A DNA stretch of 60,616 bases, taken from contig JAJPJM010000157.1 of NCBI GenBank assembly GCA_021324235.1, positions 1 through 60,616 on the forward strand, given 5' to 3'. Made by a program: the position numbers and the translations under genes. This DNA comes from Verrucomicrobiota bacterium (GTDB taxonomy: Bacteria > Verrucomicrobiota > Verrucomicrobiia > Limisphaerales > UBA11358). Shown here in pieces: positions 10,195 to 19,288 of this stretch (position 1 is its first letter; every line of letters begins with the position of its first letter). A model generated the notes under the pieces. The model had not been told where the DNA came from. It made no database searches and saw only the letters and a program-made list of their open reading frames with translations.

Positions 10195-11409
10195 ATGCCA
10201 TCTTATTCTTATGTAGCCCGCGAGACGGCCAGCGGTCGTGAAATTCGCAGCACGGTAGAGGCCACGACCGAACAGGCCGCCGTGGCGGCGTTGCTCAATC
10301 GAAGCCTGCTGGTGGTGTCCATCGAGGAAAAGGTCTCCAAAAAAGGCAAAACCAAGGGCGGCCGGGTTTCCCTGGCGGACCTGGTGGTGTTCACGCGCCA
10401 GTTGGCGACGATGATTGATGCCGGTATTGCGATCGTGCAATCCCTCCAGGCGCTGTCCGACCAGTCTCCCAACAAGGTCATGCGCGATGTGATTCGGGAC
10501 ATCACCACGCGGGTGGAAAGCGGCGAGAGTTTCTCGGAAGCATTGCAGAAGCATCCCAAGGCTTTCAGCCGGCTCTACATTTCGATGGTGGCGGCAGGTG
10601 AAAAAGGCGGTCTCCTGGCGGAAATTCTCGCGCGACTGGCGACGTATCTTGAAAACAGTGCCCGTCTCCGCCAGAAGGTCAAGACGACCATGATGTATCC
10701 CATTGTCGTCAGTACGGTGGCCATCGGCATCACGGTATTTCTATTGGTGAAAGTCGTCCCGGTTTTCAAAGACGTTTACTCAAGTTTTGGCGCGAAATTG
10801 CCGGCGCCGACCCAATTCCTGATCACCTTGAGCGACCTGATGGGCCACTATTTGTGGGTCTTTCTGATCGGCCTGGCGGCAATCGTTTATGGCTGGCTTC
10901 ACTTCATCAAGACCAAGAATGGACGCGATTTTTGGGACCGACACCGCATTAAGCTGCCGATTTTCGGTCCCATTGCCCACAAAATCTGCCTGGCCCGCTT
11001 TACCCGCACCCTGGCATCGCTCATCCGCAGTGGTGTGCCGATTCTGGAAGTTTTGCAGATTGTTTCCCAGACCGTCGATAACACCGTCATGGAGAAAGCC
11101 ATCAAGGCCGCTTCCAGTGATATCGAACGTGGTGAAGGAATTGCCACGGCGCTGGGCAAACACCCCGTTTTCCCCAGTATGATTGTCCGGATGATCAGCG
11201 CCGGCGAGCAGACCGGTAACATTGATAACATGCTGGAGCGTGTCTCCAATTTTCTCGATGAGGAAATTGAAACCATGCTTTCGGGCCTGATGTCGTTGCT
11301 GGAACCGCTCCTCATCGTTTTCCTGGGCGTGCTCGTCGGGGGAATGGTCATCTGCATGTACCTGCCGATTTTCAACCTCGGCAACATCGTCAGCGGAAAT
11401 AACGGCTAA
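10195..11409 (+). CDS. pilC: Type II secretion / type IV pilus platform protein (GspF/PilC family)
   Basis: FTRQLATMIDAGI, AAGEKGGLL, SAGEQTGNI, LLEPLLIV, MYLPIF. Confidence 0.93.
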   Translation: MPSYSYVARETASGREIRSTVEATTEQAAVAALLNRSLLVVSIEEKVSKKGKTKGGRVSLADLVVFTRQLATMIDAGIAIVQSLQALSDQSPNKVMRDVIRDITTRVESGESFSEALQKHPKAFSRLYISMVAAGEKGGLLAEILARLATYLENSARLRQKVKTTMMYPIVVSTVAIGITVFLLVKVVPVFKDVYSSFGAKLPAPTQFLITLSDLMGHYLWVFLIGLAAIVYGWLHFIKTKNGRDFWDRHRIKLPIFGPIAHKICLARFTRTLASLIRSGVPILEVLQIVSQTVDNTVMEKAIKAASSDIERGEGIATALGKHPVFPSMIVRMISAGEQTGNIDNMLERVSNFLDEEIETMLSGLMSLLEPLLIVFLGVLVGGMVICMYLPIFNLGNIVSGNNG

Positions 11410-11429
11410 AATTTGCGGCTGCTCCCGCG

Positions 11430-11466
11430 ACCGCCGGTGAATTCAATTCGCCGGCGGTTCTCTTTT
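11430..11466. terminator. Hairpin between convergent pilC and the MBL gene
   Basis: ACCGCCGGTGAATT-C-AATTCGCCGGCGGT followed by TCTCTTTT. Confidence 0.7.
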
Positions 11467-12841
11467 ACACCGTCACCGGGTTGCCCGGTTGGGGTTGGAT
11501 GATTTTAACCTTCGGGTGGCGCGACCGGATCTGCTCCTCGAACCACGCGCGCGAATCGTCGCTGCCGTGACCGAGCAAAATCGCGCGCGGCGAAACCTGG
11601 CCGACAAAATCCAGCAAATCCTCCCGGTTCGCGTGGGCCGTTAGATCAAAATCCTGCACCTCACACTCGCGCGTGACGCGGCCCGCACTGGGGCTGAACA
11701 CAAACGTCTCACCCGGCTTGGCCGCCTTCAATCGTCCGCCCGGCGTGTCCGGGTCAGCGTAGCCGACAAAGAAGATGGATTGCCGTTCATCCCCGATCAT
11801 GCGCGCGGCGAGGTCGTGCGCTGCCGTGTTCTCGCTCATCATGCCGGCGGTAATGACAAAAATCCGTCCGCCGCTGAGCTTCATTTTCTCCGCCTGGCCT
11901 TTTTCCAGCACGATCAACTCCAGCGCCTCATGCAATTGCAGATTCGTGTGCTGGCGATGCGTGCGGTGCGCCTCCAAATCGTAGATTTCCGTGAATACGC
12001 GGCCCAGGCCGCCGATATAGATGGGCTGCGGTTTCAATCTCCCCGAGCGCATCAGCAGCGCCAGCAAGGCCAGCAGCTCCTGGGTGCGGCCCAGGGCGAA
12101 CGCCGGAATCAGCACGCAGCCTTTGCGCTTGAGCACGCGCTGAATGGCCGCGACCAGCCGTTCGATTTCGTTTTCGCGCGAAAATCCCGCGGGCGCGGCG
12201 CGGTTGCCACGGGTGGTTTCCATGATGAGCACGTCCGCTTTCACATCTTCAAACCGCGCCGCCCGCAGAATGGTCTGGTCATGGAAACACACGTCGCCGG
12301 TGTAAAACAGGGTTTCCTTCCGGCCGCGAATCAGGATGCCGGCCGAACCCAGCGTGTGGCCGGCGTCAAAAAATTCCAAGGTAGGCGAAGGCAGACCCGC
12401 ACGCGATTTGTGAAACGCCGCCCATTCGACTTCACGGTTATATTTAAAGCCCTGGAATTGCGGCGCCAGGTCATCCACCTCGTCGTGCGTGTAGAGCGGA
12501 TATTCGCGGATACCCAGTTCATCGCGCTGACGCGTCATCACGTTTACCGAGTTGTGCAGCACGCGTTCGACGATGAAATAACTCAGCTCCGTCATCAGCA
12601 CATGCGCCTTGGAAAAGTGCCGCGCCGCGACCGGCAGCGCGCCCACATGGTCGTGATGGCAGTGCGAGACCGCAATGGCGTCGAGGTCGGCGTTGCCCGC
12701 CTTGTTGAACATCGGCAAGCCGGCGCGTCCTTCACGTTTGGGATGCATCCCGGCATCGAGCAGGATACGATGCTCGTCCACCTCGATGAGCCATCCGCTG
12801 GCGCCGATGTCGGTGTCCGGGTTCAGATTCGTGATTTTCAC
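11465..12841 (-). CDS. MBL-fold beta-CASP RNA-processing metallo-hydrolase
   Basis: SHCHHDH, AGHTLG, YTGD, PAFALGRTQE, TAHA, GHG motifs. Confidence 0.92.
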   Translation of the reverse strand: MKITNLNPDTDIGASGWLIEVDEHRILLDAGMHPKREGRAGLPMFNKAGNADLDAIAVSHCHHDHVGALPVAARHFSKAHVLMTELSYFIVERVLHNSVNVMTRQRDELGIREYPLYTHDEVDDLAPQFQGFKYNREVEWAAFHKSRAGLPSPTLEFFDAGHTLGSAGILIRGRKETLFYTGDVCFHDQTILRAARFEDVKADVLIMETTRGNRAAPAGFSRENEIERLVAAIQRVLKRKGCVLIPAFALGRTQELLALLALLMRSGRLKPQPIYIGGLGRVFTEIYDLEAHRTHRQHTNLQLHEALELIVLEKGQAEKMKLSGGRIFVITAGMMSENTAAHDLAARMIGDERQSIFFVGYADPDTPGGRLKAAKPGETFVFSPSAGRVTRECEVQDFDLTAHANREDLLDFVGQVSPRAILLGHGSDDSRAWFEEQIRSRHPKVKIIQPQPGNPVTV

Positions 12842-12972
12842 GCGCGTGGAGAAACAAAACAGCTTGGGCGCCAGGCCGCAATGAAAATTGACGTTAAACT
12901 GTTTGGAAAGACGGATTTCCGCCGGATGACAGGCCCTCCCTCCGGGCGGTCAAATTCGAGTGGGCAAACGGT

Positions 12973-13049
12973 TGGTGGGCCTGCTCGGACTTGAACCGAG
13001 AACCAAAGCATTATGAGTGCTCTGCTCTAACCAATTGAGCTACAGGCCC
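12973..13049 (-). tRNA. tRNA-Ile2 (CAT anticodon, lysidine type)
   Basis: Minus strand reads GGGCCTGTAGCTCAATTGGTTAGAGCAGAGCACTCATAATGCTTTGGTTCTCGGTTCAAGTCCGAGCAGGCCCACCA: cloverleaf with encoded CCA; body resembles ileX-type rather than Met tRNAs. Confidence 0.93.
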
Positions 13050-13228
13050 ACTGAAGAATGATTCCAGAAGCCATCGCAACTTTCAATAGCAGAGCGGAAA
13101 AGTTGAGGGCACATCACCGTTCCTCACCCGCTTGGCGCACGCATTGGCCGGGGATCTTTGCCTCCAACGCGGGCGCGGATGGTCTTCGACACCGCCGCGT
13201 TCCGGGACGCATTTTGCAGACACGCCGC

Positions 13229-13594
13229 TTATTCCTTCGCCCGGACGGCAGTCATGGCCAGCCAAAGCCAGCCGGCCAGAAAACTGATTCCGCCGACCGG
13301 CGTGATGGCGCCCAGCCAGCGCGCCCCGGTGGCGGCCAGCAGATAAAGCGAGCCGGAAAAAATCACGATGCCCGCCAGAAAGCACCACCACGGTCCGGCG
13401 GCCGGTGGCTTCCGTCCGGCCAGCACAAACAGCATGACGGCATGAAGCAAATGGTACGAAGCCGCTGTCTCCCAAATCGCCGCCGTTCCATTTTGCGCCA
13501 GGATTTTATTCAGGCCGTGCGCGCCAAACGCGCCGAGCGCCACGGCCAGAAAGCCGGCGATGGCTGCAACCCGGGTGGCATTGGCGCTGGTCAC
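13229..13594 (-). CDS. DUF423 (YgdD/TMEM256) small membrane protein
   Basis: AVALGAFGAHGL, WETAASYHLLHA, IFSGSLY, LGAITPVGG. Confidence 0.93.
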   Translation of the reverse strand: MTSANATRVAAIAGFLAVALGAFGAHGLNKILAQNGTAAIWETAASYHLLHAVMLFVLAGRKPPAAGPWWCFLAGIVIFSGSLYLLAATGARWLGAITPVGGISFLAGWLWLAMTAVRAKE

Positions 13595-13680
13595 AATGGA
13601 AGCCAGAATGGCAGACAGGCCCGGCCGGTGAAATTCAATAATTGGTGTTCATTCGCGTTTATTCATGTTTAATTTCGTTC

Positions 13681-14544
13681 GTGAAAATCATCACCGACGA
13701 ACGCTGCGCCGGTTACGTGCGTTATGGTCATCCCGAAAATCCCCGGCGGGTGGTGGCGACCATTGCCCATCTGAAACAGCAGCGGGAACTGCCGCTCGAC
13801 TGGGCGGCTCCGGGCGAAGTGAGTGACGAACAGATTTTGCGCGCGCATGCGCCGGAACTGCTCGCGCGCCTGAGAATTCCGGAGGATTTCGACGGGGACA
13901 CTCCATTTTACGAAGACATTGCCGATTATGCCCGCGCGTCCGCAGCTGCGGCGCTGGGCGCCCTGAACGCCGCGCGCCGCGGTGAAAACGTGTTCAGCCT
14001 CATGCGCCCGCCCGGCCATCACGCCACCCGGGACCAGGCGATGGGTTTTTGTTATTTGAACAATATTGCGATCGCCGCGCTGGAAGCCACTGCGACCGGT
14101 GCGAAACGCGTTGCCGTATATGATTTCGATGTGCATCACGGAAACGGCACGGAAGCCATCCTGCTGGACCAGCCCGGCGTCGCTTTTTTTTCCATCCACT
14201 TGCATCCCTTTTATCCCGGTACCGGCGTCGCGAATGTCGGCAAGAATTGTTTCAATTATCCCATCACGCCGTCCACGTTGCGTGAAACTTACCGTGCCAC
14301 CCTGATCCGCTCGCTGGACGATTTGAAGAAATTCAAGCCTGACCTCATTGCCGTGTCCGCCGGATTCGATGCTTATATCCGCGACCCGATTGGCGACGGT
14401 GTGCTGGAAGTTGATGATTTTCAATGGCTTGGGTCGTCACTGCGGGCATTCGGCGTGCCAATGTTCAGCGTGCTGGAAGGTGGTTACAGCCGCGATTTAC
14501 CCGAACTCATCTTTGCCTATCTCCAGGGCGTGCAGGGAAAATGA
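13681..14544 (+). CDS. Histone deacetylase / acetylpolyamine amidohydrolase family protein
   Basis: GHPE, RPPGHHA, GFC, DFDVHHGNGT, SAGFD, LEGGY; GTG start at 13681 chosen. Confidence 0.93.
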   Translation: MKIITDERCAGYVRYGHPENPRRVVATIAHLKQQRELPLDWAAPGEVSDEQILRAHAPELLARLRIPEDFDGDTPFYEDIADYARASAAAALGALNAARRGENVFSLMRPPGHHATRDQAMGFCYLNNIAIAALEATATGAKRVAVYDFDVHHGNGTEAILLDQPGVAFFSIHLHPFYPGTGVANVGKNCFNYPITPSTLRETYRATLIRSLDDLKKFKPDLIAVSAGFDAYIRDPIGDGVLEVDDFQWLGSSLRAFGVPMFSVLEGGYSRDLPELIFAYLQGVQGK

Positions 14545-14784
14545 TCCTCCTTCCAAAGCGATGACTGGCTTTGGCCGGGTTTGCCGGAATCGACTTCGTT
14601 CAAAAAAATGCGAGCCCATCGGTGCGCGGGTTTATCGGGCCAACCCTGCCACCAATGCCAGTCTGGTCCCCCACAAAAAAGCCATTGATCTGAAGGCAGT
14701 CCTGCGATCTCCGGCTGCCGGCCCGACGTAGTCATGGCAAAAAGGCGTTGACTCAAACGAAGACGGAAGTTTAAGGTCCGAACC

Positions 14785-15858
14785 ATGGACCTCAAACGGA
14801 TTTTCCTCGGGCTTTTGCTGGGACTCTTTTGCACGGCGGTTCCAACGCTTTTCGCGGATGACACAATGTCATCCGCCATCAAGCCGGTCACGCCGAACGC
14901 CTCGCCGGAGGCGGTGCAATTGCTGCAATATCTTTACAGCATTTCCGGCAATCATACGCTGGCCGGCCAGCATGCCGTGCCGCTGTTGCGTTCCGCGCGG
15001 CTGGTCGAGGCGCAACGCGCCGGCGGGCATCCCCCGGCGGTTTTTGGCATGGATTTCGGTTTCGATTCGCCCGGCACCTGGGACGGCATCAACTTCCGCC
15101 AGCAAATTGTGGACGAAGCGATCCAGAAATATCACGAAGGCTACGTGATTGTGCTCATGTGGCATGCAGTGCGGCCGATCGACGATGAGCCGGTGAAATT
15201 CAAGGATTCCATTCAGGGCCGGTTGACCGATGAACAGTGGCACGACTTGATCACGCCGGGAACGGAAATCAACGAACGCTGGAAATCACAGGTGGATGTC
15301 ATCGCGTGGTTTCTCAAGCAATTGCGGGACGCGCACGTGCCGGTGCTCTGGCGGCCTTATCATGAGATGAACGGCGGCTGGTTCTGGTGGGGCAAAAAAC
15401 CCGGGGACGACGGTTATAAAAAACTGTATCGGATGCTGTTTGACCGGCTGGTGAACTTTCACCAGCTGAATAATTTGATCTGGGTCTACGGTGCCAACGA
15501 AGTGACACCGCCGAATGTGGATCCCTACGACACCTATTATCCGGGAGATGACGTCGTGGATGTTCTCGGCACGGACATTTACCACACGGGCTTTGCCCGG
15601 AACCAATACGACCAGTTGCTGGCCCTGGCCAAAAACAAACCGATTGCCCTGGCGGAGGTGGGGGCCGCCCCGTCGCCGGAAATTTTAAAGGAACAACCGC
15701 GCTGGACCTGGTTCATGGTTTGGGACGATCCCACCGAAGGCGGAGCCACGGCGCGGGGAATACGCGCCACCTACAACTGCGACCAGGCCATTACGCTGGA
15801 CCGGCTGCCCTGGGTGGAGGCGGGACATCCGGCCGACCACGCGTTCACCCAGCCGTAG
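14785..15858 (+). CDS. Secreted GH26 glycoside hydrolase (beta-mannanase-like)
   Basis: Signal peptide; LWRPYHEMNGGWFWWG, YYPGDDVVDVLGTDIY, KPIALAEVG. Confidence 0.92.
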   Translation: MDLKRIFLGLLLGLFCTAVPTLFADDTMSSAIKPVTPNASPEAVQLLQYLYSISGNHTLAGQHAVPLLRSARLVEAQRAGGHPPAVFGMDFGFDSPGTWDGINFRQQIVDEAIQKYHEGYVIVLMWHAVRPIDDEPVKFKDSIQGRLTDEQWHDLITPGTEINERWKSQVDVIAWFLKQLRDAHVPVLWRPYHEMNGGWFWWGKKPGDDGYKKLYRMLFDRLVNFHQLNNLIWVYGANEVTPPNVDPYDTYYPGDDVVDVLGTDIYHTGFARNQYDQLLALAKNKPIALAEVGAAPSPEILKEQPRWTWFMVWDDPTEGGATARGIRATYNCDQAITLDRLPWVEAGHPADHAFTQP

Positions 15859-17905
15859 CGGCATTGGAATCGATCGGCAGCAGGATGCGCACGGTACCGT
15901 GTTGGCCGGCCTGCGGCGGAACAATTTCAAGTTTGCCGTGGTGCGTCTCGATGATCTTCCGGCTTACGGTCAGACCCAGGCCCAGTCCGACATTGCGGGT
16001 GGTGAAAAAGGGCGAGGGAACCTTCTGCGCGGTTTCCGAAGTGAAGCCCGTGCCGTTGTCCTGCACTTCAATCTCCAGTTCGCGCCGGCCGGCGTGGCTG
16101 GGATTGGTGTGCAGGCGCACGCCGATTTTGGGCTCCTTGGGATTGGCCTGCAACGCGTTGAGCATGATTTCCGCCAGCGCATGTTTGAGGGCGGCCCGGT
16201 CGCCGGTGATGACGATGGGTTTGCCGCTGTCCTCGCACTGCAACTGGGCTTTTTCGGTGGGTTGATGCCTGCGTGCCTCCTGGTAAGCCTCTTCGATCAG
16301 GGGTTCGACCGGAAACGCCTGCGATTCCGGTTCGTTTTCCCGCGCCAGAAAACGCATCTGATTGAGCAAACGCGAGACGCGCTTGACGCCGTCGGCGAGC
16401 GCAAAGTCGAGCGACTTGCGGAACTCTGCGTCCCGGAATTTTTCCCCCAGCAACTGCTGGTGGGTGGAGAGCGGCACCATGGCGTTGCCGATTTCGTGTG
16501 CCAGCCGGTCGGCCATGGCCTTGATGAGGCGGAGATTGGCGGCTTCGACTTCCAAATGGCGCAACTGCTCGGTTTGGGTGAGGTCTTCCGCGGTGAGCAG
16601 GGCGGAAACCGGCACGGTGGAATTCCCCCGCTGAAACGGCACGACATTGACGCTATAAACGGAGCCCGGGGAGCTCTCGGGTTCGTAACGGAACGGGCCC
16701 ATGGCCGCGCCGGTGTGCAGGACCTGGTAGATCTTCGCGCCCAGCACCTGCGGCAAATCGCTGAACTCGAGTTCGCCGGTGCGCCGGTTTTTGTGGCCGA
16801 AATGCCGGCGCGCGGCTTTGTTGGCATGGAGCACCCGGAGGTCGCGCCCGACGACGACGCACGCGCTGCTGAGTTCGCGCAGCACGTCCGTCATCATTTC
16901 ATGGTTGCCGGCGAGCTGGTCATGCAACCAGATGTTGCGCAGGGCCAGGCCGACCTGTTCGAGCAATCGAAAGATCAGCTCCAACTCGGTGTTGACCAGC
17001 GGCTCGCCGGTGACCCGGCCGTCAAAAACGGCGACGCCCACGACGGTTTCGCGATCGAGCACCGGCACGGCGACCTGGGCGCCGAGCAATTCAAATTCCT
17101 TCTGGGCCTCGGCATCGGCCCGGGCTTCGTCGCTGTCGCGGCGGAGGATTCGGCCCAACCGGACCAGTTGCCCGCCGATGCCGGCCTCGAGTGACAGTTC
17201 AAAATGTTCGAGCAACCCCGAGGAAAGCCCAATGGCGGCGGTGGCATGCAGCCCGCGGTTCTGGCCCGGAGACAGGGTTTGGCCGAGCGGCAGCGCGGGA
17301 CGGTTCACGAAAATGGCGGCGCGATTGACGCTGAAGATTTCACGCAGAAACAGCAGGAATTGTTTGAGCATGGCCTCGGCATTCAGGGAATGCGTGAGGA
17401 TGGATGAAAAATCGCGCAGGACCCCCAATGTTTGCGCCGCGTTGACCGAGCGGGCGGAAGACGGTTCCACCGGACGCGAAAAGGCGGACGATGGCATCAA
17501 GGGGGTATGGATGGCCGGTTGACCGGTACGAGCCTGTTCGTATTTGGGGGTCGCCCACAGGCGTTCCAGCAGGGAACCCAGCAGGCGGGCGCGAACGGGC
17601 TTGGTCAGCACATGAGTGACACCGTGCAGAAAAGCTTCCTCCTCCCATTCGGACTGGCTTTCGGCGGTGTAGGCGATGATGGGACATTGGTTGTCGCGCC
17701 GACGAAGCCGTTCGATGATCCAGATTCCCTGAACCCCGATGAGGTCCATATCCAGAATGCACGCGCTAATCAGCCCGTGAACCAGCAGGGGCTCGGCTTC
17801 CTCCACGCCGATCCGATGAACAACCCGATACTCCTCCCGGTTCAGACCCGCCTCAATCACTTCGGCGAAGTCTGGATGAGGAGACAACACCAAAATGGTT
17901 TTCAT
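15845..17905 (-). CDS. Cytoplasmic REC-GAF-PAS-histidine kinase
   Basis: Atypical N-terminal receiver, GAF- and PAS-like middle, AHEIGN H-box, NALQA, DNGTG, GLGLGL. Confidence 0.9.
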   Translation of the reverse strand: MKTILVLSPHPDFAEVIEAGLNREEYRVVHRIGVEEAEPLLVHGLISACILDMDLIGVQGIWIIERLRRRDNQCPIIAYTAESQSEWEEEAFLHGVTHVLTKPVRARLLGSLLERLWATPKYEQARTGQPAIHTPLMPSSAFSRPVEPSSARSVNAAQTLGVLRDFSSILTHSLNAEAMLKQFLLFLREIFSVNRAAIFVNRPALPLGQTLSPGQNRGLHATAAIGLSSGLLEHFELSLEAGIGGQLVRLGRILRRDSDEARADAEAQKEFELLGAQVAVPVLDRETVVGVAVFDGRVTGEPLVNTELELIFRLLEQVGLALRNIWLHDQLAGNHEMMTDVLRELSSACVVVGRDLRVLHANKAARRHFGHKNRRTGELEFSDLPQVLGAKIYQVLHTGAAMGPFRYEPESSPGSVYSVNVVPFQRGNSTVPVSALLTAEDLTQTEQLRHLEVEAANLRLIKAMADRLAHEIGNAMVPLSTHQQLLGEKFRDAEFRKSLDFALADGVKRVSRLLNQMRFLARENEPESQAFPVEPLIEEAYQEARRHQPTEKAQLQCEDSGKPIVITGDRAALKHALAEIMLNALQANPKEPKIGVRLHTNPSHAGRRELEIEVQDNGTGFTSETAQKVPSPFFTTRNVGLGLGLTVSRKIIETHHGKLEIVPPQAGQHGTVRILLPIDSNAATAG

Positions 17906-18031
17906 TGTACTCTGAGCCAGTGACGGCGATACTCAATTCCAGTCACTGCCGACGATAGTCCACAAATTGACCCAAAAGGTCAATCTAATCTTGCCGGAAA
18001 CGGGGGAATTTTCCCTCCCGGTTGCTAAAAA

Positions 18032-19288
18032 TCACGCGGAAGTTAGCAGTTTTTCCCACAAATTATCATTCAACAACGCTTTTTTGAGGAAATCCGTGTC
18101 GCTGGATGAAATGACAACCGGCTCCGGTTGAAGCGGCAGGTGAAGCGTGAAGGTGGTGCCTTTGCCGGGCTGGGTCCGGGCCTCAATCTTGCCGCCATGG
18201 TGATGCACAATGAAAAAGCAGGCCATCAAATGGATGCCATATTCGGACGGTTTGTGATCGTGCACCACAAACGGGTCGAAAACCGCGCGCAACGCGTCCT
18301 CCGGCAGTCCCGGACCGTTATCGTTGATGCTGGCGACGATTTCCGGCGTCGGGCCGTCCCGGAATTCCGCCGTGAGCGTGACGCGGCTGCCGGCCGGGAG
18401 CATCGCGAGTTCCTCCTTCAACAACAATTCAAACAGCCGGCTGAATTTCAACTTGTCCACCCGCAACAAGGGGAGCGTGTCCGCAATCTGGCTGTCCACC
18501 TGAATCCGCCGCGCCGCAAACGGCTCGTGCAGCAATTTTACCGCGTCGCCAACAATTTGATGCAGCGAGACCTGGTCGGTGAACGGCGCCGAGGGATTGG
18601 ACGACGCGGTCCAAAGGTCTTTGAGCAGCGAGTTGATTCGTTCGATCTGCGACTGGACGTTCTTGTGGTAATCCTTCCAGAAATCGGGATTGCGCAGGCC
18701 CTGTAAATCCGTCTTTTCCTCGCTCATTTTCACCGGCGCGAGGTCGAGGAAAGTTTTCACGGCCACCAGCGAATTGCGGATGTGATGGCTCAAGCCGGCG
18801 GCCAGCAGTCCCAGGCTGACAATCCGGTCGGCGATCAGCATGTTGTGCAGGACGGACATTTTTTCGCGGAGCAACTGGTCGCGCTCGGCCTGCACGATGA
18901 AAAATTCCAGGCCGCGTTTCAGGGTTTGTTCCAGTTGCGGGGGATCCCACGGTTTGGAAACGTATTTGTAAATGGCGCCGGTGTTGACGGCGGCAATGGC
19001 CGCGTCCATGTCGGCATAGGCGGTGACCAGCACCCGGATGACGCGCGGCCGGAACTGGCGTGCGCGTTCCAGAAGCCACACGCCTTTTTCGCCGGGCATC
19101 CGCTGGTCGGTCATGAGCAGGCCGATTTCATCGGCGTGGTCTTCCAACAGCTTGAGGCCCTGCTGGGCGGTCGTCGCCGTCATGATGCGGAATTGCTCCC
19201 CGAACGCGCGCGTGAAGTTGGTCAATGACTTCTCTTCGTCGTCCACGTAAAGGACCGCGAATTTTTTATAGTCGTACAGGTTCTCCAT
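18032..19288 (-). CDS. REC + degenerate histidine-kinase-domain protein (PhcR/PhcQ-like)
   Basis: LYVDDE, TDQRMP and KPW receiver; SHHIRNSL H-box; N and G2 boxes degenerate. Start MENLYD overlaps the upstream stop. Confidence 0.88.
   Translation of the reverse strand: MENLYDYKKFAVLYVDDEEKSLTNFTRAFGEQFRIMTATTAQQGLKLLEDHADEIGLLMTDQRMPGEKGVWLLERARQFRPRVIRVLVTAYADMDAAIAAVNTGAIYKYVSKPWDPPQLEQTLKRGLEFFIVQAERDQLLREKMSVLHNMLIADRIVSLGLLAAGLSHHIRNSLVAVKTFLDLAPVKMSEEKTDLQGLRNPDFWKDYHKNVQSQIERINSLLKDLWTASSNPSAPFTDQVSLHQIVGDAVKLLHEPFAARRIQVDSQIADTLPLLRVDKLKFSRLFELLLKEELAMLPAGSRVTLTAEFRDGPTPEIVASINDNGPGLPEDALRAVFDPFVVHDHKPSEYGIHLMACFFIVHHHGGKIEARTQPGKGTTFTLHLPLQPEPVVISSSDTDFLKKALLNDNLWEKLLTSA

Noticed and set aside
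12973-13049. tRNA as integration site of a genomic island
   Set aside because: No integrase nearby and no duplicated tRNA 3' end noticed in the window.
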